Assembly: GCA_032718475.1 (NCBI GenBank) | Contig: JAUCBJ010007178.1 | Span: forward strand, 1 to 46,823 | Length of the DNA: 46,823 nt | DNA from: Nemertoderma westbladi | Lineage: Eukaryota; Animalia; Xenacoelomorpha | Direction of reading: 5' to 3' | Shown: positions 21,990 through 31,633 of the stretch, in pieces | Position numbering within the stretch: position 1 is the stretch's first letter | How the letters are laid out: each line of letters opens with the position of its first letter | Translations under genes and position numbers: made by a program | The notes under the pieces: model-generated | What the model saw: only the letters and a program-made list of their open reading frames with translations | What the model was told of the DNA's origin: nothing | The model's database searches: none

Positions 21990-24900
21990 AGTGTCAAAGG
22001 ATAATGGGGCATTCGTTAATCTTCCTCCAACACGTATCAACCCATCTATCATTGTGCTAGAGAAACGATCCCTTAAGCGCATCTGTGGATTTCTCAACAA
22101 CAGGAAATACTTATCGGAATCTTCATAGCATTGCAGGAGTCTCAGCATCTGCTTGTTGGTTTCTTCATGCTCCTGATAACTGATCTTCTCCTTCAGAAAC
22201 CTGTCGGGTATCTTATATTTGGGAAGATCTTTAATAACATGGACCTGCACTGATGTTATTGGAGCGGTATCACCTTTGGCCTTCATCCCGGAGTAGTGAT
22301 GGTGAAAACATCTCTTTAAATATGTAATGGCCTTACAGAGCCGATTCCAGGAACTGTAGTGATGTATCGCTCTCTGCAGAAGAGGTGAGAGTCCTTGCGA
22401 GACGTCTGGTATTCCAGATTTCCAATCCTTCTCACGGATTTCCACAACAAGTTTATTTGTGGCTGTGGGTTTCTGATCCAAAGCGTCGTCTCCGGAAGTA
22501 TGTAGTACAGACAGATCTACCATAGGTTTGAATAACTTCGATTTACTCGCTCGAGTTTTAGGTTTGACTTTCTCCGCTCCCTTGGCCTGTCTAATCTCTG
22601 TGGTAGTAAGATGAGGAGGCCATTCTTCTTCTTCTTTGTAGAGGAAGTCGGGTCCACCTAGCCAGTCTGGAGTATCTACCAGTTCTTGTGGAGTTGCTCC
22701 TCTGGAGGCGATGTCTGCTGGGTTAATCGTTCCGGGGCAATGTCTCCATTGATCCATCGTTGTGCGACTGAGTATAATGGCTACTCTGTTGGTAACGAAG
22801 ACGCTGAACTGACAGACTTCATTGGTTATATACTCCAACACGAGTAAAGCGTCGGTCCAATAGACAGTTTTCTCCAGTGGATAGTCGATCTGTTCTGTTA
22901 CATTCCGGCCGATGGCTGTAGCGTATAGAGCCGCTTTTAACTCCGCTCGAGGAACTTTCAACTTGTTGTTTATCAATGCCTTAGAGGTAACCAAGGCGAC
23001 TTTGATTCCTTCCGGAGTTTCCACCCTTAGGTAGGCTACTATACCTATTCCCATATCGCTGGCGTCTCCAAACACATGGAGTTGATAGGAATACGTAGGG
23101 AGAACATGACCAAAATATGAACGGGAAATTATAAAGTTCTCGATGGCTGGTAGAGAATCTTCCCATTTCATCCACTTCTTTAACAATTCTCCCTTAAGTG
23201 GATCGTCCCATGAGTGGTTTTCAAGCCACATTTGTTGTACTAAACTCCGAGCAATCAATATAACTGGGCTAATAAATCCCAATGGATCGAAATAAGTGCT
23301 CAGGATACTTAAACAAATCCGTTTAGTACGGACTGGATTATCTCGCTGTTTTAGTTGGAAAAACAGGATATCTCTTTCGGTGTCCCATTTCAAACCAAGG
23401 GTCTTAGTTTCTGGGAGATCATCCTTTATTAGATCCAGGTCTTTCGCTCCTCGATCTTCGACCGGGATCGACTCCAGAAACTCACGGGAGTTGCTGGTGA
23501 ATTTAGTTAATCGAAATCCACCTCTTTTTAAGCACTCTACCGTTCCTTTAGCGACGTCAATGGCTTCTTCGACTGATGGAAGGGACTTTAGATTGTCGTC
23601 CATGTATATATCCCGCTTAATGTTGTCAATCACCTCTTTAGAGAAGGCGTCTCGGTTGTCATCCGCAGTGGTGCGCACCACGGAACAGGCGTTTGAAGGG
23701 CTCGAGATTATCCCAAAAGCTTGGATGGTCATCCAGTACTCCACCGGTTTCTGGTTGAGGTCTCCTTCAGGCCACCACAGAAATCGTAGGCTATCTCGAT
23801 CCCTATCCAGCGCTTTGACTTGTAAGAACATGCCTTCTATATCTGAGGCGAAAGCAATGGAATATTGTCTTAATCTTAAAAGTATTCCCAACAATGATTG
23901 GAGTAAGTTGGATCCGGGTAACAATTCGGAATTAAGGGATTGGCCCATATAGAGGGCGGAGCCGTCAAACACCACTCGTACTTCATGAGGTTTACCGGGT
24001 TTGGGAACGTAATGGTGAGTTAAATAATACGTTCTCTCAGTTATAGGTGTTTCTTCCGGTACTAGCTCCGCATATCCCTTGCTAATAAATTTCTTCAACT
24101 GCGTTTGATACATTTCTTTAGCTGAAGAATTTGCCGTAAGGCGTCGATGTAGTTGAGCAATTCTTTTCTCCGCCAAGGGTCTGTTGTTTACGAACTTTGG
24201 TTCTCGCTTTCGGAAAGGTAAACCGATCTCATATCTACCTTGATCTTTAAGAAAACGAGTAGTTGTCGCTTGGATCTGCTTGGCTCTTTCTTCCTCCACC
24301 GATAGGGCCTTATTGTAGGAGTTGGGCTCTACAGCCTCTTGAGTAAAGAATCGTACGGCATGTTCTTCCCGAGTCTTGGCATTATAACGTTCAATGACGT
24401 CATTAAGCTCGTCGTTATAGTCGTCTCGTTCTGATGGAAGAAGGAGTTGACATAAGTTCACTTGGTTTTGCCAAGTCTCGTTTTCCTGAAGGAGATCGAT
24501 TGTATTCTCCTCATCGAAGAGTTGGTGTATATCGTCGTTGTCTGAGGAGTATGGAGTTCCCTCAGTTTGATCGTCTAACTCACTGTTCTCAACTTCCCAT
24601 TCTCGCACTTGATATACCTGATCTTTCGGTAATCTTTCCATGAGAGTTCTACGGGAAGGGCCAGTAAAGTACCAACCCACTCTAGTTCTTCCCGCATAAG
24701 CTTGTAGTGGTTGCGGATGAGCGGGCCGTTTCTCCAATGTCTCGAGCGCTTCATGCGCGTTTTGACCGATGAGTATTTGCACTCCAGGGTAATCGGTGTT
24801 GAATCTAGGTATTTCCAGTTGCTGGGTGAAATCGTCCTCATCCCAGTTATAAGGTTCCACTTGGGTGGTAGCGAAGTTCTTTATCGCCACCATTTTTACT

Positions 24901-26147
24901 GACCTTATACTATGTTCTCCTAGTTCATCCTGGGGGGTGGACAACGCACCTACATAATAATCCGCGATTACTGTAGATTTCCAAACCTGCATAATTCCTG
25001 ACATGTTTAGCTTAGTTCGGAACTTGGGTTGTCCAGCAAAGATGTCTTCGGCTATTTCTTTGTCGATGAATGTTCCTGTACTACCGGAGTCAAGGAGGGC
25101 GTTCACTACATAACTCCTTTTAGGTCCGTGGACCCTTACCTGTACTACAGGAAATTCTCGGATTCCTACATTGGAAGGTGGCGCTTTCCAAGATGGTTGT
25201 CGATCAGAAGTAGTTAGTGTGAGGTCGCTGTCTGTATCTTTTTCATACGTGAGTGCTCGATACACTGCGGTATTTATCATGTAACAGGATTCGTTTTCGT
25301 CGGATAACTCGTCCGTATAGAATCCTTCCATCTCAGATTGATCAGTGTCGTTCACATCACTGAATTGGACATGTAGTTCGGAATCACTTACCTGACTCGG
25401 ACTATTTCGCTCGAATTCAGTGTGCAACAAGATATGATGTTTCGCACCGCACTTTGCACACCTTGTGTCGGAGTAACAGGTTCGCCGTTGGTGTCCTTGT
25501 CTGAGGCAATTATAACACAACCGCTTATCCCACATGACTTCCCGTCTCTCCGCTAATGATTTCTTCAGGAATTCATCACACATATTCAAACAGTGGGTCC
25601 CGTCACATAGCGCACATTTCGGTTTGATGTTACTTACCTTATTTTGAATAACATTGTGCACACTCGTTCTTTCTTCGGGCCTTCTCACGTGAATTCTCTT
25701 AGGAGACGTAGGAGGAGTTTTTCTTACCTGTTCTCTCCTGTCATTGGTTCGAGACTTGAATTTACTTACCTGATCTTTAGGCATTTTATTGACATAATAA
25801 GATCTTTCAGTGTCTTTCCCGCTATCCTCTCCTTGAGAAGTCTGGCTTTCGCCGTCGTCAGTATAACACACTGGTGTTACTTTTCTCCTAGAAACGGGTT
25901 TCTCACTTACCTTGTTTTCCGGTGTCTTCTCTCTGGACTGTTTTAGGAGTTGTAATTTCACTTCTCCATCTAAGAATGACATGAGATCAGCCATGGTAGG
26001 GTCTCGTCGTTGTTGTTCCATCATATATAACACTTTCTTATCCCAGCTTGTACCTACTCCACCCTTCGGTAAAGTAGAAGCCACGGCTCCAATAACCATA
26101 GAACTCTGATATTCATGAGACTTACCTAACCAATCTAATTGTCTACA
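21969..26147 (-). CDS. pol: BEL gag C-terminus, protease, RT and RNase H
   Basis: CALCDGTHCLNMC / CYNCLRQGHQRRTC / CAKCGAKHHILLH knuckles, LLDSGSTG, RVVFDGSA, IYMDD, LHVFGDAS and NPADIASRG. Confidence 0.96.
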   Translation of the reverse strand, partial: CRQLDWLGKSHEYQSSMVIGAVASTLPKGGVGTSWDKKVLYMMEQQRRDPTMADLMSFLDGEVKLQLLKQSREKTPENKVSEKPVSRRKVTPVCYTDDGESQTSQGEDSGKDTERSYYVNKMPKDQVSKFKSRTNDRREQVRKTPPTSPKRIHVRRPEERTSVHNVIQNKVSNIKPKCALCDGTHCLNMCDEFLKKSLAERREVMWDKRLCYNCLRQGHQRRTCYSDTRCAKCGAKHHILLHTEFERNSPSQVSDSELHVQFSDVNDTDQSEMEGFYTDELSDENESCYMINTAVYRALTYEKDTDSDLTLTTSDRQPSWKAPPSNVGIREFPVVQVRVHGPKRSYVVNALLDSGSTGTFIDKEIAEDIFAGQPKFRTKLNMSGIMQVWKSTVIADYYVGALSTPQDELGEHSIRSVKMVAIKNFATTQVEPYNWDEDDFTQQLEIPRFNTDYPGVQILIGQNAHEALETLEKRPAHPQPLQAYAGRTRVGWYFTGPSRRTLMERLPKDQVYQVREWEVENSELDDQTEGTPYSSDNDDIHQLFDEENTIDLLQENETWQNQVNLCQLLLPSERDDYNDELNDVIERYNAKTREEHAVRFFTQEAVEPNSYNKALSVEEERAKQIQATTTRFLKDQGRYEIGLPFRKREPKFVNNRPLAEKRIAQLHRRLTANSSAKEMYQTQLKKFISKGYAELVPEETPITERTYYLTHHYVPKPGKPHEVRVVFDGSALYMGQSLNSELLPGSNLLQSLLGILLRLRQYSIAFASDIEGMFLQVKALDRDRDSLRFLWWPEGDLNQKPVEYWMTIQAFGIISSPSNACSVVRTTADDNRDAFSKEVIDNIKRDIYMDDNLKSLPSVEEAIDVAKGTVECLKRGGFRLTKFTSNSREFLESIPVEDRGAKDLDLIKDDLPETKTLGLKWDTERDILFFQLKQRDNPVRTKRICLSILSTYFDPLGFISPVILIARSLVQQMWLENHSWDDPLKGELLKKWMKWEDSLPAIENFIISRSYFGHVLPTYSYQLHVFGDASDMGIGIVAYLRVETPEGIKVALVTSKALINNKLKVPRAELKAALYATAIGRNVTEQIDYPLEKTVYWTDALLVLEYITNEVCQFSVFVTNRVAIILSRTTMDQWRHCPGTINPADIASRGATPQELVDTPDWLGGPDFLYKEEEEWPPHLTTTEIRQAKGAEKVKPKTRASKSKLFKPMVDLSVLHTSGDDALDQKPTATNKLVVEIREKDWKSGIPDVSQGLSPLLQRAIHHYSSWNRLCKAITYLKRCFHHHYSGMKAKGDTAPITSVQVHVIKDLPKYKIPDRFLKEKISYQEHEETNKQMLRLLQCYEDSDKYFLLLRNPQMRLRDRFSSTMIDGLIRVGGRLTNAPLSFDTKVPHTH

Positions 26148-26664
26148 CGAAGTGGGGACTTCGCGCAGCACGAAGTTGGCAGAGCCTTAGCGAATTGACA
26201 CTGTTAGGGGGTAGGTCAATTTATGCAAATAGTCACGTTGGCCCTCTAGCGGCAGACTGGAGAACTGCAGATGGATTCGCCTCCCTTGAAAGTCACAGCT
26301 AATGGTCTAATACATATCTGCCAAGTTTCAGCTTAAACGGATTAAAAGCAAAGAAATGGGAGGGCATTTAATGTTTAGACATGTGGCCCTCTAGCGGGAG
26401 ACCATTGCACTGATGGTGTCTGAAAGTCTCTCAAAAATCTCAACTTTTGCTCATATTGATACCTACAAATTTTCAACTTGGCAGCTTTAAATCCGACAAA
26501 GTTATTAGCATGTCAAAATCGTAACGACGACGACAACGACGACGACGACAACGACGACGACGACAACGACGACGACGACGACGACGACAACTATTTGCAT
26601 AAATTGACCCACCCCCTAACAGTGTCAATTCGCTAAGGCTCCGCCAACTTCGTGGCTCGCCCCA
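26146..26664. mobile_element. 519-bp non-autonomous insertion with subterminal inverted repeats, a microsatellite and a terminal hairpin (HINE/DINE-1-like architecture)
   Basis: ~65-bp inverted repeats at 26169-26233 and 26590-26654, (gac/aac)n at 26524-26590 and hairpin cacgaagt gggg acttcgcg at 26146-26165. Removing 519 bp restores FSDEIQEIC|RQLDWLG in frame. Confidence 0.85.
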
Positions 26665-29078
26665 CAGATCTCTTGAATCTCATCGGAAAACTCTATTATC
26701 CCCCTGCTAATGAACTTTCGGGGCGCTACTAATTTTGCATACAAATATTTAGCTATGTTATTCCTATTACCATACCTGATGTTTAGGGTATCCCAAACTT
26801 GCCTTAATCCGTCTGGATGTCCAATAAACTTTAATGCCATTAACTTGGGAGATCCTTCCAAGCACTCGATGAGGAATCTAAGTTTCTCTCCATTAGATAG
26901 TACAGAGTTCTGTATGTTATCTTTATAATATTCATTAAAAGGTAACCATTTCATCTCATCTCCATTGAACTTGACTATCTCTCCCACCTTTACCGCTTGC
27001 CGGGCTTCGGTTCTAGCCATTTGACGCGTAAAACTTTCTTGGGCCATCGTGTTATTTAATATCGAGTTATCGGTATATAAATTTCTCGGATTATGATCAG
27101 GTCTATAGGGAATATCACTATCAACAGGTCTATAATTACCCTTAATAGGGTTTACTATAGGAGTTTCTACTTCGCTAGCAGTATAGATGCGTGTAGGCTC
27201 CACACCTTGCGCATGAGATACTTCAGACCTAACGGGTTGACATATTGTTACAGAGGGTGGTGATATACCCTTTTGTAAATTTACTAATTTATCGCGTTCT
27301 AGCGTGATACTTTGCTGCACTTCTTGCAACTCTAACCTACTTTCCTTTACGGTTCCCTTTAACTGTTGAACAGTCCATTCTAACTCTCGGACCTGTTGGG
27401 AGGAGCGCACTCGATTCTCCTCCATCTTTCCGAGGAGAATATCCATCCCCCGCCGTCTCTCGTCTACCCAATCAACCGCAGAAGCGGGATCCGCCAACGT
27501 CGTAGCGGGCAGACGAGGGACTACGGGCGATATATCCTTTATATTTCGCTCGGAGTCCAGGACCGACACTGTTTCAGGGGCTGTTCCTCTAGGCACAGAT
27601 AATTTGGTGCTGTGTAAAGGGAATTTAAAGGTAGGTTCTGGGAGTACAGGTGTCTCTATCACCGAAGGGGTGATTTCAAGAACAGGCCTAATTATTTCAG
27701 GCTCATCTACTATAGTAGGGAGTCTTTCCATTTTAATTATTTGGTCTGTGGGTTCTGTACTACCTAAGCCTGCGCTAGTTAGTGCGCTTTTAACAGCTGG
27801 GGGCAAATCAGGCAATTTCTGATGGTGAGATGTTCTTCTACGCCTACTGAGACGAGATCTATTTCCTCCGCCTTCAGGATCGGTGGTATTGCCTTCCTCT
27901 GATGATGTATATCCTTGGCGTTTGGGAGTAGATCGACTCATCATCTGCATTCGACTATCTGTTAACTGCCTATTTATGTTGTCTTGCGTCTCCTGCAGAT
28001 CCTCCAACTCCAGTTGGGTGGTCTCTTCCGACGCTCTCCGTTCTGCTTCTGCCACTGCCTCTGCTGCTGCCACAGCCGCTTTTCTTTCCGCTTCTGCCTC
28101 TGCCGCTGCAACTGCAGCCTTTCTTTCCGCTTCTGCCTCTGCCGCTGCAACTGCCGTTGCTACCGCCGCTTTTCTTTCTGCTTCTGCCGTTGCCATTGCC
28201 GCTGCTACTGCTGTTGCCTTTCTGTCTTCTATCCGCCTTTTCTTTAATTGTTCTTCTCGGACTCTAGCGATGCGGAGTTGTTCATCAAATTTAGCTTGGT
28301 TCGCAGCTAACCTATCCACATCTATTGCGTCCAACACAAGCTTGGCTCCTTCACTATTAGGGCTAAGTCCCTCCAGCCTTCTCCTCAACTCTTCGTCCCC
28401 TACAAAGCGTTGATTGTCTGACAGATAGATGTCAATAGCATCCCTCTTATGCGGTTTCTCTGCTGTCGCTTCACTTTCCACTTGGGAAAAGGTAGCGTCT
28501 GTGGATTCCCCAAGTGTTGAGCGCTCATCTAACTGCGATTTCCACGGGGCAGCTCTTTGAACTTGGAGACTCACCCGTTGAAACCAAGTCTTTACGGCAA
28601 CTTGCAACGACGTGTCTTGTTTTCTTTTAGAAGCCTCCTCAAAGGCCGATAAGATTAGCCTGATTCGTAGAATTCTTTCTCTAACTTGATAAAGCAGCTG
28701 TCCCTGCTCTTGAGGTCCTTGTGGTTGTTGAAACAGTTGTTTTTCTAATCGCTCCATGGAGCTGAAGAATCCCTGTACGTATCCGGCTGCGGACCTCTTC
28801 CACACAGCTGGATCGATGGTTTCCTTGGTTACTCCCATCCTGTGTATATCTTCCCAGACAGTTTCTGATAAATCAAACGGGAGTCCGGGTCCGGGGAAGT
28901 TCCATTGCGACTCGACAATAGACTTCAGTTCTTCCCTTGTGTATCCCGCATAACTATCTTTAGTCGATCGCTTACTTCTCACCCAATCGATCTGGTGTTC
29001 TTCCACCGCAATCAATAACCTAGTGAGTACGGCTGCAGGGAGGATGAGAAGGGGATCCGAATAAACCGCATCCGTCAT
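26664..29078 (-). CDS. gag: BEL gag N-terminal part with long coiled coil and Ala-rich repeats
   Basis: BEL gag core (KFNGDEMKWLPF..LSNGEKLRFLIECLEG..LNIRYG) in frame with 21969-26147. AEAERKAAVAAA repeats at ~28040-28220. Confidence 0.92.
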
Positions 29079-29398
29079 CTTTGCCCCGCGCTCAGCTCTA
29101 CAGTATCCTCACTACTGGAGCTGTCGGGCCATTGAGAAATAAGTTCTTGGCTCACGGGTTGTTGTTGTTCCGCTGCTTCTTGGTCCCGCTTGACCTGAGC
29201 TCGAGTGCCTATGATAGACCTACGGTGTTGGATTAGCCTAGGGTCTGATATTACTACAGGAGGGATGACCTTCCTCACAGTAGGAGGTGAACTGAACTTA
29301 GGTCTAGACGGTTCTACAGCCCTATCTGAGTCGCAGATAGTTACATCTAATAAACTGTCTGACAGGTTCTGCTTAGTATCAGACATGTTTGTTTGCAC
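29075..29398 (-). CDS. 107-aa ORF upstream of gag, overlapping it by ATGA (or a frameshifted gag N-terminus)
   Basis: Its stop TGA overlaps the gag ATG at 29078-29075. Composition is similar to gag. Confidence 0.4.
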   Translation of the reverse strand: MQTNMSDTKQNLSDSLLDVTICDSDRAVEPSRPKFSSPPTVRKVIPPVVISDPRLIQHRRSIIGTRAQVKRDQEAAEQQQPVSQELISQWPDSSSSEDTVELSAGQR

Positions 29399-29524
29399 AG
29401 TTGAATGCTTACTGCTATATTACAGTCTAAGCAAGTCTAGTAATTCAGTATTAACTGTTAGCCTAGTAATTAATTACCGATACTGCTACTCAGTGTAGCG
29501 TGATATATATATAATATGATATAT

Positions 29525-29780
29525 TAGAATACCGGTATGCTTATAGTATATATAAATTTTATTACAGACTAGGTTTGTCACAGAATACCGGTATATAATT
29601 TTAGCACAAATATATATAAATATATAATAGGCCTATCGTGAATACCGGTATACAGCCTACACTTATAGTATATATAAGTATAATTCTGGACTAGAATTAA
29701 TTACAGAATACCGGTATAATTTCAGCCTAAATTTATAGAAATAAAGATAATAGGCCTATCGTAAATACCGGTATATCAAT
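29525..29780. repeat. Degenerate tandem repeats in the BEL 5' UTR (core aataccggtat, ~60/120-bp period)
   Basis: Five aataccggtat cores alternating with ataggcctatcgt blocks. Confidence 0.7.
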
Positions 29781-30736
29781 TATTTAAATAATTGAATTTC
29801 TGAATTTTAAGGGTTACTTGGTTACTTTAACTTACTTTATTACCGTTATTTAAGCAGTAGTCCAACTGATATTGAGACCTAATTGTTGTATGGCAGGCCT
29901 ACTATTTATAAATCGTTTAAGTTGATTTATAATATATATACCCCTATAATGGGTTTTGTCAATATTTGAAATAAATGTTATTATTTCTGGGGGGAGTCAC
30001 TACACAGAAGCTGTGCGCTCTCAGTGAAGTGCTACTTGTTGGACACTAAAACAAATAATTCTAATTTACCTAAGTTACTTAATACTACAAATTACGTACA
30101 ATTCGGGTTGAGATTACAATCTCTAAATAAACACAAAAAAAAATTACAAATACCCAAATACGAATTTTTAGGGTAATTTTACAAGAAGTCTACTAACCAG
30201 CCTAACAAAGGGTTAGAATATCTGGTTATTACAACGGACAGGTTACTACGGTATTTGAAAATAATAAGTAGTAGTAAATATATTGCGCTGTCCAGATAGG
30301 AAAATGCCACCGTCTGACGACCTATAGCCGTATCGCTATAGGTACTACGTTATGTATCACGGAGTGTTCCTACCCAGAAGTTAATTACTGCGGTCTACCA
30401 GAACCAACGTGCCTATTAACCACTTTACAACACAAATATACTGCCTACACGCTAATTACCTTCGGAAAGCACTGTACACTAAACCCTAAATTAGGTACAA
30501 GTACTTGTACAACAAATAATCAGTCGTTAAAAATACTTGAACAGCTAAAAGAACCACGGTATCTGCCGGAGTGACCAAAGCATAAAATCTCCAGTCTTTA
30601 CCTACGCCAAGCAGCCCTGATGTAGTACCGGAGTTAGTTTAACTATAACGGTATGTATAACAAGCACAATTACTGTAGGAATAAACTTGGGGAATGAATG
30701 TTGCGAATAATAGCATAAACTCTGAATAATAAATAT

Positions 30737-31285
30737 TACGCTACGCGTACAGACTACTCAAACAAAATGCAGACCAAATACTGACAGACTACTATCAAGC
30801 CTAAACAAACCACGGTATAACCTAACGGTATAACCTAACCTAGTAGTACGACTTATTCTTTCAGAGGAGGTTTACCTCACAGCACTGGAAGCCCCTACGT
30901 TCCCAACTGGCACTTTATCGGACATACACTCTACATACACCGAAATTTCCTCAGACTTAACAACAGCCAGACAACTATCCAGCCTACAAATTATCTAAAT
31001 AAGAATTATACGCTACCTGTACAGACTACACAAACAAAGTACAGACCAAACGATGGCAGACTACTATCAAGCCTAAATAAACTACAGTATATGCAGACTC
31101 CGAAATGATTAGTTAGTATGCGTTCTAACCTAGTAGTACGACTTATTCTTTCACAGGGGGTTTACCTCACAGCACTTGAAGCCCCTACGTTCCTAACTAG
31201 CACTTTATCGGACAGATGCTCTACACACACTGCAATCCGTTCAGACTTAACAACAGTTAGACAACAGTCAAGCCTACAAATTATC
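30737..31285. repeat. Tandem duplication (~270-290 bp) in the BEL 5' UTR
   Basis: tacagactac...ctaacctagtagtacgacttattctttca...gaagcccctacgttcc...agcctacaaattatct occurs twice. Confidence 0.85.
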
Positions 31286-31633
31286 TGTACAATCTGAGCA
31301 GGCTTACACGCCTTCTGCTCAATATTAGCCTACTAGTAAATAAAACTGACAGAAATAAGTAAAATCTCAATAAAAAACCAGGGCTACAGTCCCTGATTAA
31401 TTATTAAGGCCTACCGGTATATAATTATCAAAATCGAATAATACTGCTGTACCTGTACTGCTGTAGGTACCGGTCCGGGTGGTTAGGTAGTCAGGCCTAC
31501 TGGGTACCGGTTGCCGGTACTTCAGCTTTATTGCCTACTGCAATACAGAAGCTATAACCGTTATTGTGCTTACCAGAACAATATTAAACTGTATTTATTG
31601 CCTACCCTGCAATCCGAACTTAATATCCGTTAT

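Noticed and set aside
26169-26654. Simple MITE bounded by the 65-bp inverted repeats
   Set aside because: No TSD at those ends. Excising there leaves ~11 extra residues in a conserved gag helix, whereas the 519-bp boundary gives the expected spacing.
31566-31575. TGGTAAGCAC as a tRNA PBS for the BEL element
   Set aside because: It lies ~60 nt from the LTR and matches no tRNA 3' end I recognise beyond TGGTA.
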